Below, one piece after another: positions 1-8,965 of a DNA stretch of 25,914 bases; position 1 is the stretch's first letter; every line of letters starts with the position of its first letter. Both the position numbers and the translations under genes were made by a program. The DNA comes from a virus. Lineage: Duplodnaviria; Caudoviricetes. Where the stretch lies: IMG/VR virus record IMGVR_UViG_3300022407_004534, positions 1 through 25,914 of that record; one strand, given 5' to 3'. The notes beneath the pieces were generated by a model. It did not search any database. It was not told where the DNA came from and worked only from the letters and a program-made list of their open reading frames with translations.

Positions 1-2
1 AG

Positions 3-1730
3 ATTGACGGTGAGGAATATATCATTGCTCGTCAAATTGAAAGAAAAATGTCTAAGGCCGGTGAGTGGAATGTTAAGACCGAGTTAGAGTTCTTTAAAAA
101 ACTATCTGATGGTCAATTACAGAACTTTACCGGTGAACAAAGGAGAGAAACGGAAGCGTTTATGAAAAGGTCTATTGGAACAATGGATGACTTTTTGATG
201 ACCATCTTAACCACAGCATCCAACTTGGAGGATTTATTAGAATCCAAACCAACAGCTCGTGGTCAGGTCTTATCAAGATTCTTGGGACTTGAGTTCTTGA
301 AGAAGAAAGAAGAAACCGGAAAAGAAATCTATTCAGAGTTCTCGAAAGGAATGATATCCAATGTTTATAACACGGAGACCCTGAAACAAGATAATGAGTC
401 CTCAACAACTGAAATTGAAAGATTAAAGGATGAGATTACAACCGCAACCGAAAGTATTGGTGAAGTAGATAATTCTTTAAAGAGAGGTCAAGATTATAAA
501 GATGGGTTATTGAATTCAAAACATGCTGATTTGAGCCAGGAACTTATTATCTTGGACCCGGTTAAATTACAGACCGAGATTACCACATATGTTTTAAATA
601 GTAAAACCATTCAATTACAAATTGATGGTATAAAGATTGTTGAACCAAGTGGATTCTATCATGAAGACAAACACGATGATGTTAAGGATAAATTAACTGG
701 TACCAAGATTGAATTGGGTCTGTCTAATAACAAGGTTAGTGAAATTGAATCACTAGTTAAGAAGTTTGGTGATGGTATTGAATGTGAGCATTGTGGTATT
801 AAACTGATGGACGCAGCAATCACCAAAAAGAAGATTGGAGAACTTGATGGATGGAAAGAAAAAGTTAAAACTCTTAATGACCAAATTCTTGAATTAGATA
901 AAGAAGAAAAGAGTTACGTTCAATTGAAGAGAGAATTTGATGAGTATGAGAGAAACAAACTTATCAAAGAGAAACATGAGGTGTCCTTGGAGTCAAATAA
1001 CTTGAAATTAGACGCGATAAGGTTAAAACTAACAAGATACGAAGAAGTTCAGGATAAGATTAAACAGAACAACGATATTGACTCCAAATTGATTAAAGCA
1101 AACCTTCGTATTGATGAGTTGATTAGTCAAAAGAGAGGATATGAGAAAATTCAAAGTACCAACCAAAATCAAATTGAAAATCTGTTGGCTCGTATTGAAA
1201 AAAATAACGGTCTTGTATTAAAGATTGCCGAGGAGTTTGAAAAAGAGAAAATCTATAAAATCTATAATGAGATTTATGGAAAGAATGGTATTGGTAAGAT
1301 TATCATGAAGACGATGATGCCAGTAATTAACTCTGAACTTCAGAGGTTACTTCAGGATTCTTGTTTATTTAATTTGGAGATTCGTATTAACGATAAGAAT
1401 GAAGTTGATTTTATTATGATTGATAATTCTACCGGAATTGAAAGACCAATCACATCCGGTTCAGGTTATGAGAAGACCGTGGGAGCGTTGGCGATTAGAG
1501 CCGTGTTGTCCAAAGTATGTTCTTTACCAAAACCACAATTATCGGTTTACGATGAGGTTTGGGGTAAGGTTGCGAATGATAATCTCGACATGGTTGGAGA
1601 GTTTTTTAATAAATTAAAGACCTACTTTGAAAAGATATTCGTTATATCACATAACCCAATGATATCAAATTGGGCGAACACTGTGGTTAAGATTACAAAA
1701 ACAGATAATGTTTCAAAAGTCTCTCAATAA
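3..1730 (+). CDS. sbcC: SbcC/Rad50/T4 gp46-like recombination ATPase, 5' partial
   Basis: Frame is open from the window start (IDGEEYIIARQIERKM...). Long coiled coil with central CEHC zinc hook, signature-like SGSGYEK, Walker B YDEV, H-loop ISHN. Confidence 0.9.
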   Translation: MDGEEYIIARQIERKMSKAGEWNVKTELEFFKKLSDGQLQNFTGEQRRETEAFMKRSIGTMDDFLMTILTTASNLEDLLESKPTARGQVLSRFLGLEFLKKKEETGKEIYSEFSKGMISNVYNTETLKQDNESSTTEIERLKDEITTATESIGEVDNSLKRGQDYKDGLLNSKHADLSQELIILDPVKLQTEITTYVLNSKTIQLQIDGIKIVEPSGFYHEDKHDDVKDKLTGTKIELGLSNNKVSEIESLVKKFGDGIECEHCGIKLMDAAITKKKIGELDGWKEKVKTLNDQILELDKEEKSYVQLKREFDEYERNKLIKEKHEVSLESNNLKLDAIRLKLTRYEEVQDKIKQNNDIDSKLIKANLRIDELISQKRGYEKIQSTNQNQIENLLARIEKNNGLVLKIAEEFEKEKIYKIYNEIYGKNGIGKIIMKTMMPVINSELQRLLQDSCLFNLEIRINDKNEVDFIMIDNSTGIERPITSGSGYEKTVGALAIRAVLSKVCSLPKPQLSVYDEVWGKVANDNLDMVGEFFNKLKTYFEKIFVISHNPMISNWANTVVKITKTDNVSKVSQ

Positions 1731-1745
1731 CGAGAGACTTTTTTT
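1715..1745 (+). terminator. Intrinsic terminator overlapping the sbcC stop codon
   Basis: AAAAGTCTCTC-aataac-GAGAGACTTTT stem followed by further T's. Confidence 0.8.
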
Positions 1746-1772
1746 GACTATCGAAAAACAAATACCTATTAT
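1744..1772 (+). promoter_or_regulatory. Sigma70-like promoter upstream of the endonuclease gene
   Basis: TTGACT(1744-49)-N17-TATTAT(1767-72). Confidence 0.55.
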
Positions 1773-1786
1773 TAAAATAAAAAGAA

Positions 1787-2419
1787 ATGAAATTAACATC
1801 AGAAAGGGGAAGGGAAATTAGAGAAGAATACACGAATGTGAAAGAAAAAGAAATTTGTGATAATCGAGGGTTAACCCAAATTGGTGGTAATAGAAATAAA
1901 ATTGATGGGTCGAATGAGACTTCAAATGTCAGTATTAAAAATTTCTCAGGTAGTAGTACTCAGGTTCATTTAACAACTCAAAATCGTTTTATAAATGTTT
2001 TGAAACTGAATGATGAATCATCTCAATTTATAAAAATGTTTTGTGGAAATATATCTTTGAATAATAATAACAAGGATAGATATCATATTACCGAAATACC
2101 CTCTAAAATAACAGAATCATTTATGTTATTTTTAAATGACAATAAAGAACGAGTTATTGATTTAATTGTTCGTAATGGATTTGATGTGGATACAGTTGTT
2201 TATCGAAATCTCAAAACAAATGAAATATATGAAATCACTTATGATGAAATTTTAAATAAGGTCAATAAGTGTACTTGGGTATCAAAAAAAGGAGGAATTC
2301 ACCTAAAAGATGTTAATGGAAAAACTTATTTTCATTTTCAAAGAGAGGGTAAAAAAAATAAAAATAATAGATATAATGTCCTTTGGCACATACACAGTAA
2401 TCTGTTTTTAATAGATTAA
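1787..2419 (+). CDS. Putative Type II restriction endonuclease (PD-(D/E)XK-like, resembling the MspI/HinP1I group)
   Basis: KIDG...VSIK catalytic-like motif, STQVH and C-terminal HFQREG motif; immediately upstream of a DNA MTase. Confidence 0.6.
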   Translation: MKLTSERGREIREEYTNVKEKEICDNRGLTQIGGNRNKIDGSNETSNVSIKNFSGSSTQVHLTTQNRFINVLKLNDESSQFIKMFCGNISLNNNNKDRYHITEIPSKITESFMLFLNDNKERVIDLIVRNGFDVDTVVYRNLKTNEIYEITYDEILNKVNKCTWVSKKGGIHLKDVNGKTYFHFQREGKKNKNNRYNVLWHIHSNLFLID

Positions 2420-2466
2420 TTGATAAATTCAAAGTTATATATTTATTTTAAATAGGTTAAAAACAA

Positions 2467-3177
2467 ATGGAAAAATTAATATTAGGGGATTGTTTAGATG
2501 TAATGAAAACCATTGAATCCAATTCAATTTCTTGTATTGTAACTTCACCACCGTATAATAAAAAAGGTTTAATTGGTAAAGTTAAACCAGGTAATCAAGT
2601 TTGGAAAAAATTTAATATTGATTATGATTCTTATGGTGATGATTTAAAAGAAGATGACTACCATCAATGGATGGTGGATATTTTAAATGAAATGATGAGG
2701 ATTATTAAACCGGACGGGTCAATTTTTTTTAATCACAAACCTAGACGACATAAGAATAAATTACATCTCCCAACTGATTTTATTAGTAAATGTAATTTAA
2801 ATGTTTATCAAATGATTATATGGAATAGATTATCGAGTCCGAATATTAGAAAAGATATGTTATTACCATGTACAGAACACATTTATTGGTTAACAAAATC
2901 AAAACCTAAAGTGTTTAAGGAGAACATACCTAAAGAATACCAATCAGAAGTTTGGACAATTAACCCTGATAGGAATACTAAACATCCGGCACCATTTCCT
3001 CAAAAATTAGTGGAATATTGTGTTTTATTAACCACTGAAGAGAATGATGTGGTTTTGGACCCATTTCTTGGCTCAGGAACAACTGCAATTGTTTCAAAAA
3101 GATTAAATAGAGGGTATATAGGTATTGAGATTGACCAAAAATATATGGATTTATCTGAGGAATTATTAAAAAATTGA
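2467..3177 (+). CDS. Beta-class N4-cytosine/N6-adenine DNA methyltransferase
   Basis: GDCL, TSPPY (motif IV), VW...HPAPFP, then DPFLGSGTT (motif I) and GIEID; beta motif order. Confidence 0.93.
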   Translation: MEKLILGDCLDVMKTIESNSISCIVTSPPYNKKGLIGKVKPGNQVWKKFNIDYDSYGDDLKEDDYHQWMVDILNEMMRIIKPDGSIFFNHKPRRHKNKLHLPTDFISKCNLNVYQMIIWNRLSSPNIRKDMLLPCTEHIYWLTKSKPKVFKENIPKEYQSEVWTINPDRNTKHPAPFPQKLVEYCVLLTTEENDVVLDPFLGSGTTAIVSKRLNRGYIGIEIDQKYMDLSEELLKN

Positions 3178-3202
3178 TGAAAAAAATATTTTCACCAAAT
3201 TA

Positions 3203-3234
3203 TTGGGTGTTCCAAAATAGTTTAATTATCTTTG
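3203..3234 (+). promoter_or_regulatory. Bacteroidota primary-sigma promoter
   Basis: TTG(3203-05)-N21-TATCTTTG(3227-34) matches the -33/-7 TAnnTTTG consensus. Confidence 0.6.
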
Positions 3235-3258
3235 TAAAATAAAATTAATATAATAAAT

Positions 3259-3789
3259 ATGAATTACTACTTACTATCTCTCACTAACGACTTTGCATCT
3301 GAAGGAATGTGTAAGGAAATAGCGTTATCAATTAGTCCGATTGTTGATTCACCAAATTTGAAATTTCATTACACAAGAAATCAAATTATATTTTCTTTTG
3401 GTACGGAGACTCCAAAAGATGAAATATATGAATACATTACCGGAATTTTGTACGGTCTTGTTGAAATTTTTATTTTAACTGAGGTTGTTGATGATTTTTC
3501 GGTATCTTTACCAAAAGATATTAGAGACCACCTTTTTGATTTAGAAAATGTGGGAGAAAATGTAACAATGAAGTTAGATATGGAACGAATAAAGAAAAAT
3601 TTAGATTTTTCTTTTGACGATGATGATGAAGAAGATGACGATGATGATATTATGTCATTAATCTTTAAAAATAAAGATATCACCCCTACTCCTACCTTAG
3701 ACCAAATATTAGACAAATTATACTCGGATGGAATTGATTCCTTGAGTTCAAAAGAAAAAAACATATTAGAAACTTACAGTCAAAATTAA
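3259..3789 (+). CDS. Hypothetical protein with acidic tract and DUF6576-like C-terminal helices
   Basis: DDDDEEDDDDD tract; C-terminal LDQILDKLYSDGIDSLSSKEKNIL resembles the Bacteroidota DUF6576 motif. Confidence 0.65.
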   Translation: MNYYLLSLTNDFASEGMCKEIALSISPIVDSPNLKFHYTRNQIIFSFGTETPKDEIYEYITGILYGLVEIFILTEVVDDFSVSLPKDIRDHLFDLENVGENVTMKLDMERIKKNLDFSFDDDDEEDDDDDIMSLIFKNKDITPTPTLDQILDKLYSDGIDSLSSKEKNILETYSQN

Positions 3790-3792
3790 ATT

Positions 3793-4590
3793 ATGAAGGA
3801 GAAAGCGGGAATGCCAATCAATCAGGAAGAAATCAGTCATTATCTTAAGGATATCCGTAAGATAAAGGTTATGACGCCTGAAAGAGAAAGACAATTATCG
3901 GAAAGAATATTATCGGATAATATTACGGAAGGTGAAATAAAAAAAATCCATAAGGAGTTATTGGAAGGTAATTTAAGGTTTGTTATTACTGTAGCAAAAC
4001 AATACCAAAACCAAGGATTAGATTTCCCCGACTTAATTGCGGAAGGGAACCTTGGACTTATGAAGGCAATTGAAAATTTTGATTGGTCCAAAAAATTAAG
4101 ATTTATTTCTTACGCGGTTTGGTGGGTGAGACAATCAATTTTACAATCATTAAATGAGAATGCTCGAACCATTCGTCTTCCGGTTAATGTAGTTCAAGAG
4201 TTACATAAGGCGAAAAAAGAGTTAGAACAAGGTGGAATGGAGTTACCTGATAAGTTTGTTAATTTACCATATACTATTAATTTGAATAATCCTTTAAATG
4301 AAGAAGGTGATACCTTAGTTGATATCTTGAATAATCCTAATGCTGAACTACCGGATGCTGGATTATCAACAGAGGACACACTAAAAGATAAATTATTAAA
4401 TATGTTGGATGTGTTGGACGATAGAGAAAAGACCATCATTCAAGATTATTTTGGATTATCAGGTTCAACAAGAACATTAGAGGATATTGGTAACGATTTC
4501 ACTTTAACTAAAGAAAGGGTGAGACAAATAAAAGAAAAAGCGTTAAGGAAGTTAAGAAATGAGACTGCGGTCTTATTTGAATACTTATAA
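3793..4590 (+). CDS. rpoD: RNA polymerase sigma-70 factor, Bacteroidota RpoD-like (no region 1.1)
   Basis: Region 1.2 ISHYLKDI; region 2 NLRFVITVAKQY, DLIAEGNLGL, FISYAVWWVRQSI; RTIRLP; region 4.2 TLEDIG..LTKERVRQIKEKAL. Confidence 0.93.
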   Translation: MKEKAGMPINQEEISHYLKDIRKIKVMTPERERQLSERILSDNITEGEIKKIHKELLEGNLRFVITVAKQYQNQGLDFPDLIAEGNLGLMKAIENFDWSKKLRFISYAVWWVRQSILQSLNENARTIRLPVNVVQELHKAKKELEQGGMELPDKFVNLPYTINLNNPLNEEGDTLVDILNNPNAELPDAGLSTEDTLKDKLLNMLDVLDDREKTIIQDYFGLSGSTRTLEDIGNDFTLTKERVRQIKEKALRKLRNETAVLFEYL

Positions 4591-4657
4591 AATGAATTAA
4601 AAGGTGTATTTATGTGATACACCCCTTATATTTAAAAATAAATTAAAAAATATACTT

Positions 4658-4942
4658 ATGAAAAATTTCATTCAAAAAAACTTTATTGTTATTGTATTGG
4701 TAATCTCACTTTTAACATTCTTCAAAGGATGTGGGGACTCAAGAGAATTATCTAAATTAAGAAAAGAAGTTGAAACTATTGAGGATTCTACTTATACTAA
4801 AAAAGAATTAAATATTGAATTAAAACTTATGGGATTAGAAGCAGAAAAGAGAATGATTCAAGCGACTGACCGAAAACTGTTAGATGTTCAAAGACAAACT
4901 CAAATTGAGGAGGAGATAAAAAAATTAAAAACAAATAAATAA
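4658..4942 (+). CDS. Membrane-anchored/possible lipoprotein with coiled coil
   Basis: ATG 4658 follows an A-rich leader; hydrophobic FIVIVLVISLLTFFKGC, then a heptad-rich tail. Confidence 0.65.
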   Translation: MKNFIQKNFIVIVLVISLLTFFKGCGDSRELSKLRKEVETIEDSTYTKKELNIELKLMGLEAEKRMIQATDRKLLDVQRQTQIEEEIKKLKTNK

Positions 4943-5685
4943 TGAATTGGTTTCAAAAGAATTTTAAATCGATAATTTATATTGCATTCTTAGTACCAAT
5001 ACTAACAGTTGCGTTCGTTTCAATATCACATGTTACTTCGTGGTATGGTTTATCAAACCCTGTTAGTTGGGCAATTTATTTATCGATTGGTGTTGAGATT
5101 GCTGCGTTATCTGCTCTTGCAGCAATATCAGCTAATATGGGTAGAAAAGTGTATTTCCCATTTGGAATTGTTACTTTAATCCAATTTATCGGGAACATAT
5201 TTTTTGCATATCAGTATATTAATGTCAATTCTGAATCGTTTAAAGATTGGATAGACTTAGTTGACCCATTTGTTAGTTATTTAGGAGTTGAATCAGGTGA
5301 CCCAATAGGTCATAAACGATTTTTAGCTTTATTTTCAGGTGGAATGTTACCTATAATTTCTTTGTCATTCTTACATATGTTAGTAAAATTTGAGGAAGAG
5401 GAGAAGAAAGAAAAAGTACAATTACCGGAAAAATTTGATGTAGAAGAATTAAGTACAATTATTGGTAAACAAGAAGCGGAATTAGATAAGGAGAAATATA
5501 CTCCGACTAACGAAGATTTAAAAAAATTAGAGATTGAATTAATAAAATTAAACGAACAAAAATTTGGAGTTCTTGAAGAAGGAACAACCGAAAACAAAGG
5601 TCCTGATGATTCATCTATGGTTGAGATAGAAGAGATACCAAATGATGGGATAAAAAGATTGAGTTATGTAAGAAGGGATGCTTAA
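4942..5685 (+). CDS. Multi-pass membrane protein (about 4 TM) with charged C-tail; holin candidate
   Basis: Four hydrophobic segments; overlaps both neighbours; directly upstream of the amidase. Confidence 0.6.
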   Translation: MNWFQKNFKSIIYIAFLVPILTVAFVSISHVTSWYGLSNPVSWAIYLSIGVEIAALSALAAISANMGRKVYFPFGIVTLIQFIGNIFFAYQYINVNSESFKDWIDLVDPFVSYLGVESGDPIGHKRFLALFSGGMLPIISLSFLHMLVKFEEEEKKEKVQLPEKFDVEELSTIIGKQEAELDKEKYTPTNEDLKKLEIELIKLNEQKFGVLEEGTTENKGPDDSSMVEIEEIPNDGIKRLSYVRRDA

Positions 5686-6283
5686 CCTAATAAATTTTGG
5701 AAATTTCAAACCGAAAGGTAAACAAAAAAGAAAAAAACAAATAATCTTATGTCATACTGCAAGGGAGGTTCAAGAGTACTTGACCTCCCTTAAACATAGG
5801 TACAATGGTCAGTATGATAAAATACCGAATTACATTATAACAAGAAAGGGTGAGATACTACAACTATTACCCGACAATAGTTACTCAAACTATACAAAAA
5901 ATGAACAAGTAAATAAGAACTCAATTATTATTTGTTTAGAAAATTTAGGGTGGTTGGAAAAGAAACCATTAACAAACTATTATATTAACTGGAAAGGAAG
6001 TATTTATAATGAAAAGGCGTTTGAAAAAAAATGGAGAGATTTCTTTTTTTGGCAACCATATACACCTATTCAGATAGAAATGTGTGCGGAGTTGTGTAAA
6101 AATTTGATAGAATCACTCAACATTAAAAAAAGATGTGTTGGTCACAATACCCGATTTGAAGGGGTGTCTAACTACGAAGGAATTGTAAGTAAAAGTAATT
6201 ACGATTCAAGTTATACGGATTTAAATCCATCATTCAATTTTGAAACCTTTATAAAACATTTAGAAAATGAGCAATTTAGTTAA
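5678..6283 (+). CDS. N-acetylmuramoyl-L-alanine amidase (Amidase_2-like), putative endolysin
   Basis: IILCHTA, NYIITRKGEILQL, SIIICLEN, YTPIQ, GHN...D pattern. Confidence 0.8.
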   Translation: MLNLINFGNFKPKGKQKRKKQIILCHTAREVQEYLTSLKHRYNGQYDKIPNYIITRKGEILQLLPDNSYSNYTKNEQVNKNSIIICLENLGWLEKKPLTNYYINWKGSIYNEKAFEKKWRDFFFWQPYTPIQIEMCAELCKNLIESLNIKKRCVGHNTRFEGVSNYEGIVSKSNYDSSYTDLNPSFNFETFIKHLENEQFS

Positions 6284-6845
6284 CGAAAGATACGACGAAA
6301 TGAAATCTCTGTTACAAAAATCAAGATTGATTATAGAACAGGGTGGACAAATAAATGTTGCAAAAGATGTGGAATCACGCCTTCAACAAGACCAAGAGTA
6401 TGAAACCGCGGATACCGGTATTGAAGATGGAGATGATATTAAAACATCTCCAAGAGATAAACAACAGAAGTATAGAATCTCAGGAGGTATATTATCACTT
6501 CATGGTAAAGACCGAAATGAATTAGATATTACTAGTGATGAAAAATTAGCATTTCAGGAAACAATGGATGAATTTGTTGAGGAAGTGTCTGACCTTGTTG
6601 ATTTCAACACTTTAAATGTTTATCCAAACAATGTTGAATGGTCCGGTAAACTGATTGATGAGGATATTGATTTTATCTTTACAATTGGGGAAGATAGTGG
6701 GGTCTATATCAATGGTCAAATGATTAAGTTAGATGCTGACTTCATGACAACAATTAATAAACTACAACAATATTACCAAAAATTTAAATCTAAGTGGGGT
6801 AGAGTTTTGGCAAATAGAAAGAAGACATCGGAATCACCTGAATAA
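6267..6845 (+). CDS. Hypothetical phage protein (possible virion protein)
   Basis: Long ORF overlapping both neighbours; N-terminal MKSLLQKSRLIIEQ helix. Confidence 0.6.
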   Translation: MSNLVNERYDEMKSLLQKSRLIIEQGGQINVAKDVESRLQQDQEYETADTGIEDGDDIKTSPRDKQQKYRISGGILSLHGKDRNELDITSDEKLAFQETMDEFVEEVSDLVDFNTLNVYPNNVEWSGKLIDEDIDFIFTIGEDSGVYINGQMIKLDADFMTTINKLQQYYQKFKSKWGRVLANRKKTSESPE

Positions 6846-7201
6846 TGAAAGAAATTGTAAGTAATAACAAACAAAACATATTATTAATTATCGTTATTGT
6901 GTTGGCTGGTTGGAATATATTTACAACCAATGGAATTAAAACTGATGTTAAATCATATAAAAAACAAATTGAATCTATTCAAATTGAAATTGATTCTACT
7001 AAAGCAATTAATGAAGAGATTGATGTTAAGATTGATTCGGTAAAAGGTAATGTGGTTAAAATCACAAAAGAAATTCACCACATAGATAATAATATAACAA
7101 TAATTAAAAAACAAACGAATGAAAAAGTTAATAGTGTTGACACTCTTACTGCTAACGAGCTTGAGCAGTTTTTCACAAACAGATACGGCAACTCAAAGTG
7201 A
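6845..7201 (+). CDS. N-terminal TM + coiled-coil protein (i-spanin-like)
   Basis: ILLIIVIVLAGWNIF anchor, then long coiled coil; overlaps the next gene by 83 nt. Confidence 0.6.
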   Translation: MKEIVSNNKQNILLIIVIVLAGWNIFTTNGIKTDVKSYKKQIESIQIEIDSTKAINEEIDVKIDSVKGNVVKITKEIHHIDNNITIIKKQTNEKVNSVDTLTANELEQFFTNRYGNSK

Positions 7202-7541
7202 TACAACTAAGGTTAGGTTAAAAGTCCCGGTTGCTAAATTAGCAATAAAGGATATTATTAAAGGTGATGGATGCCAATTGGAGTTGAAAGAAACTCAAGA
7301 AAAATTAATCAAAACTGAAGAAAGAGAAAAAGAAAAAGATTCTCATATTGTTCTCCTTGAAGAGAAAGATAAGAATAACAACTTTATGTTGGGTAAAAAA
7401 GATGAACAATTAAAAGTATCTGAAGAACTAACAAATAGTTTACATAAAGAACTTAAAGGTCAGAGAACTAAAACTTTCTTATGGAAAGTTGGAACCTACG
7501 CTGGTATTATAGCATCAACATATCTTATTTTAACAAAATAA
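7119..7541 (+). CDS. Secreted coiled-coil protein with C-terminal hydrophobic helix (spanin partner candidate)
   Basis: Signal peptide MKKLIVLTLLLLTSLSSFSQ, coiled coil, VGTYAGIIASTYLIL tail. Confidence 0.6.
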   Translation: MKKLIVLTLLLLTSLSSFSQTDTATQSDTTKVRLKVPVAKLAIKDIIKGDGCQLELKETQEKLIKTEEREKEKDSHIVLLEEKDKNNNFMLGKKDEQLKVSEELTNSLHKELKGQRTKTFLWKVGTYAGIIASTYLILTK

Positions 7542-7786
7542 TGGCGTTAACAACTACAGATAAGAAAGAAATTGAGACAATGATTCGTAAAGAAATTAGA
7601 GACTTTATGGGTAATAATACTTTAAAACAATTTGAAGATAAATTGTTGGACAGAATTGGTCAAGAAATAAAACGAGGTAAACTAGAAGGTGATGTTAAAG
7701 ATATCACATTAAGAATGTTCCGTGAGTTCTACCAATTTATGTGGATGAATAGAAGTTATTGGGAACCAAGATTGAAAAACGCATAA
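7541..7786 (+). CDS. Hypothetical protein
   Basis: Start ATG 7541 overlaps the upstream TAA (TAATG); MALTTTDKKEIETMIRKEI. Confidence 0.65.
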   Translation: MALTTTDKKEIETMIRKEIRDFMGNNTLKQFEDKLLDRIGQEIKRGKLEGDVKDITLRMFREFYQFMWMNRSYWEPRLKNA

Positions 7787-7787
7787 T

Positions 7788-8939
7788 ATGAAATCATCTG
7801 TAAATTTATTTAAAAATAGTTTAGACAAAGCTTATAGTAGCGCTGGTGTGAAATTAAATTCTGACACTATGGGGGATGCAATGAAGTACAAACAATCATT
7901 TAAAGAAAATGATGATGAGGATAAAAAAGAACCAAAGTATTTGGATATTCAAGATATGATACCTTTATTAAGGAAACAACTTATGAAAGGGACTAAAGTT
8001 GACCAAAGACAAAAAAAAGAAAGAGAACAAAAGGACGATGTTACGGAAAAATGGAGTGAGAAATATAAAAAATCCATAAATTGTTCAAACCCAAAAGGAT
8101 TTAGTCAAAGGGCTCATTGTGATGGTCTTAAGAAAAAAGAGGCTAAGGAGGCGACCGGAAGCGGTTCGTCAGGTGCATATTCAGGTCCTTTATTTTCGGG
8201 TGAAGAAGCTGTTTTGGAAAAATCAGAATCAAAAGAATCTTCAATTGGTCGTAAAAGCCCTATTGGGTTTTCGGATGATTATATTAAAAAAAGTAATGCT
8301 GAGAATAAAGGAGTCAACGAAGATTTAGGTAGATGGTTTAAAGAAAAATGGGTTGATGTGAGTAAAAAAGTTGATGGGAAACATCCACCTTGCGGTAGAA
8401 AAGATGCGGATGGTAAATCATATCCAAAATGTAGACCATCAAAAAAAGTATCCAAAGATACTCCAAAGATAGCTTCATCATATGATAAGGATGAAAAAAA
8501 ATCAATGACTCAACAAAAAAGAAGAGCTGAGAAAAAAGACCCAAAGATTGGTAAAGGGAACAAACCAACAATGACTCATTACAAAGAGTCAATTCATGTT
8601 AAGGAACAAGTTGAAAAAGTTGAGGCAACTGAAGCTACAGGTTCAGGGTCGTCAGGAGGTTATGAAAGTCCATCTATGTGGTCAAAATCAACCAAGAAAA
8701 AAGATTGGGGACCAAGTAGGAAGACTCAAATACCCGGAGGTGGATTTGTCAAGATAAAAAAGAAATGTACTAAGTTTCCTTATTGTAATCAAGGTGACAT
8801 TAATAATATTAAAATTAGTAAAAACGAATCTGTTAAAACAGCTATCAAACAAGTTTCGGATAGAATAGGTGTTAGTGAAAGTACTATTATAACTATTTTG
8901 GAACATGAATACGAAAAAATGAATAAAAGAAACAAATAA
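7788..8939 (+). CDS. Modular protein with DUF5872-like and small Cys-rich modules; putative head-internal protein
   Basis: KWSEKYKKSINCSNPKGFSQRAHC module, DLGRWFKEKWVDV..CGR..YPKCRP module, two EATGSGSSG repeats, KKKCTKFPYC. Confidence 0.65.
   Translation: MKSSVNLFKNSLDKAYSSAGVKLNSDTMGDAMKYKQSFKENDDEDKKEPKYLDIQDMIPLLRKQLMKGTKVDQRQKKEREQKDDVTEKWSEKYKKSINCSNPKGFSQRAHCDGLKKKEAKEATGSGSSGAYSGPLFSGEEAVLEKSESKESSIGRKSPIGFSDDYIKKSNAENKGVNEDLGRWFKEKWVDVSKKVDGKHPPCGRKDADGKSYPKCRPSKKVSKDTPKIASSYDKDEKKSMTQQKRRAEKKDPKIGKGNKPTMTHYKESIHVKEQVEKVEATEATGSGSSGGYESPSMWSKSTKKKDWGPSRKTQIPGGGFVKIKKKCTKFPYCNQGDINNIKISKNESVKTAIKQVSDRIGVSESTIITILEHEYEKMNKRNK
8148..8657 (+). repeat. Peptide-level direct repeat EATGSGSSG (8148-8174 and 8631-8657)
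   Basis: Nine identical amino acids encoded by different codons. Confidence 0.85.
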
Positions 8940-8940
8940 A

Positions 8941-8958
8941 GATATTTATTAAATAAAA
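8941..8958 (+). promoter_or_regulatory. Putative phage late promoter (TATTTAT core)
   Basis: GATATTTATTAAATAAAA is identical to 21612-21629; both lie just upstream of ATGs. Confidence 0.55.
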
Positions 8959-8965
8959 TAGACGA

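Noticed and set aside
3616-3648. GAY/GAA trinucleotide run as a contingency repeat
   Set aside because: Imperfect and in frame; it simply encodes the acidic linker.
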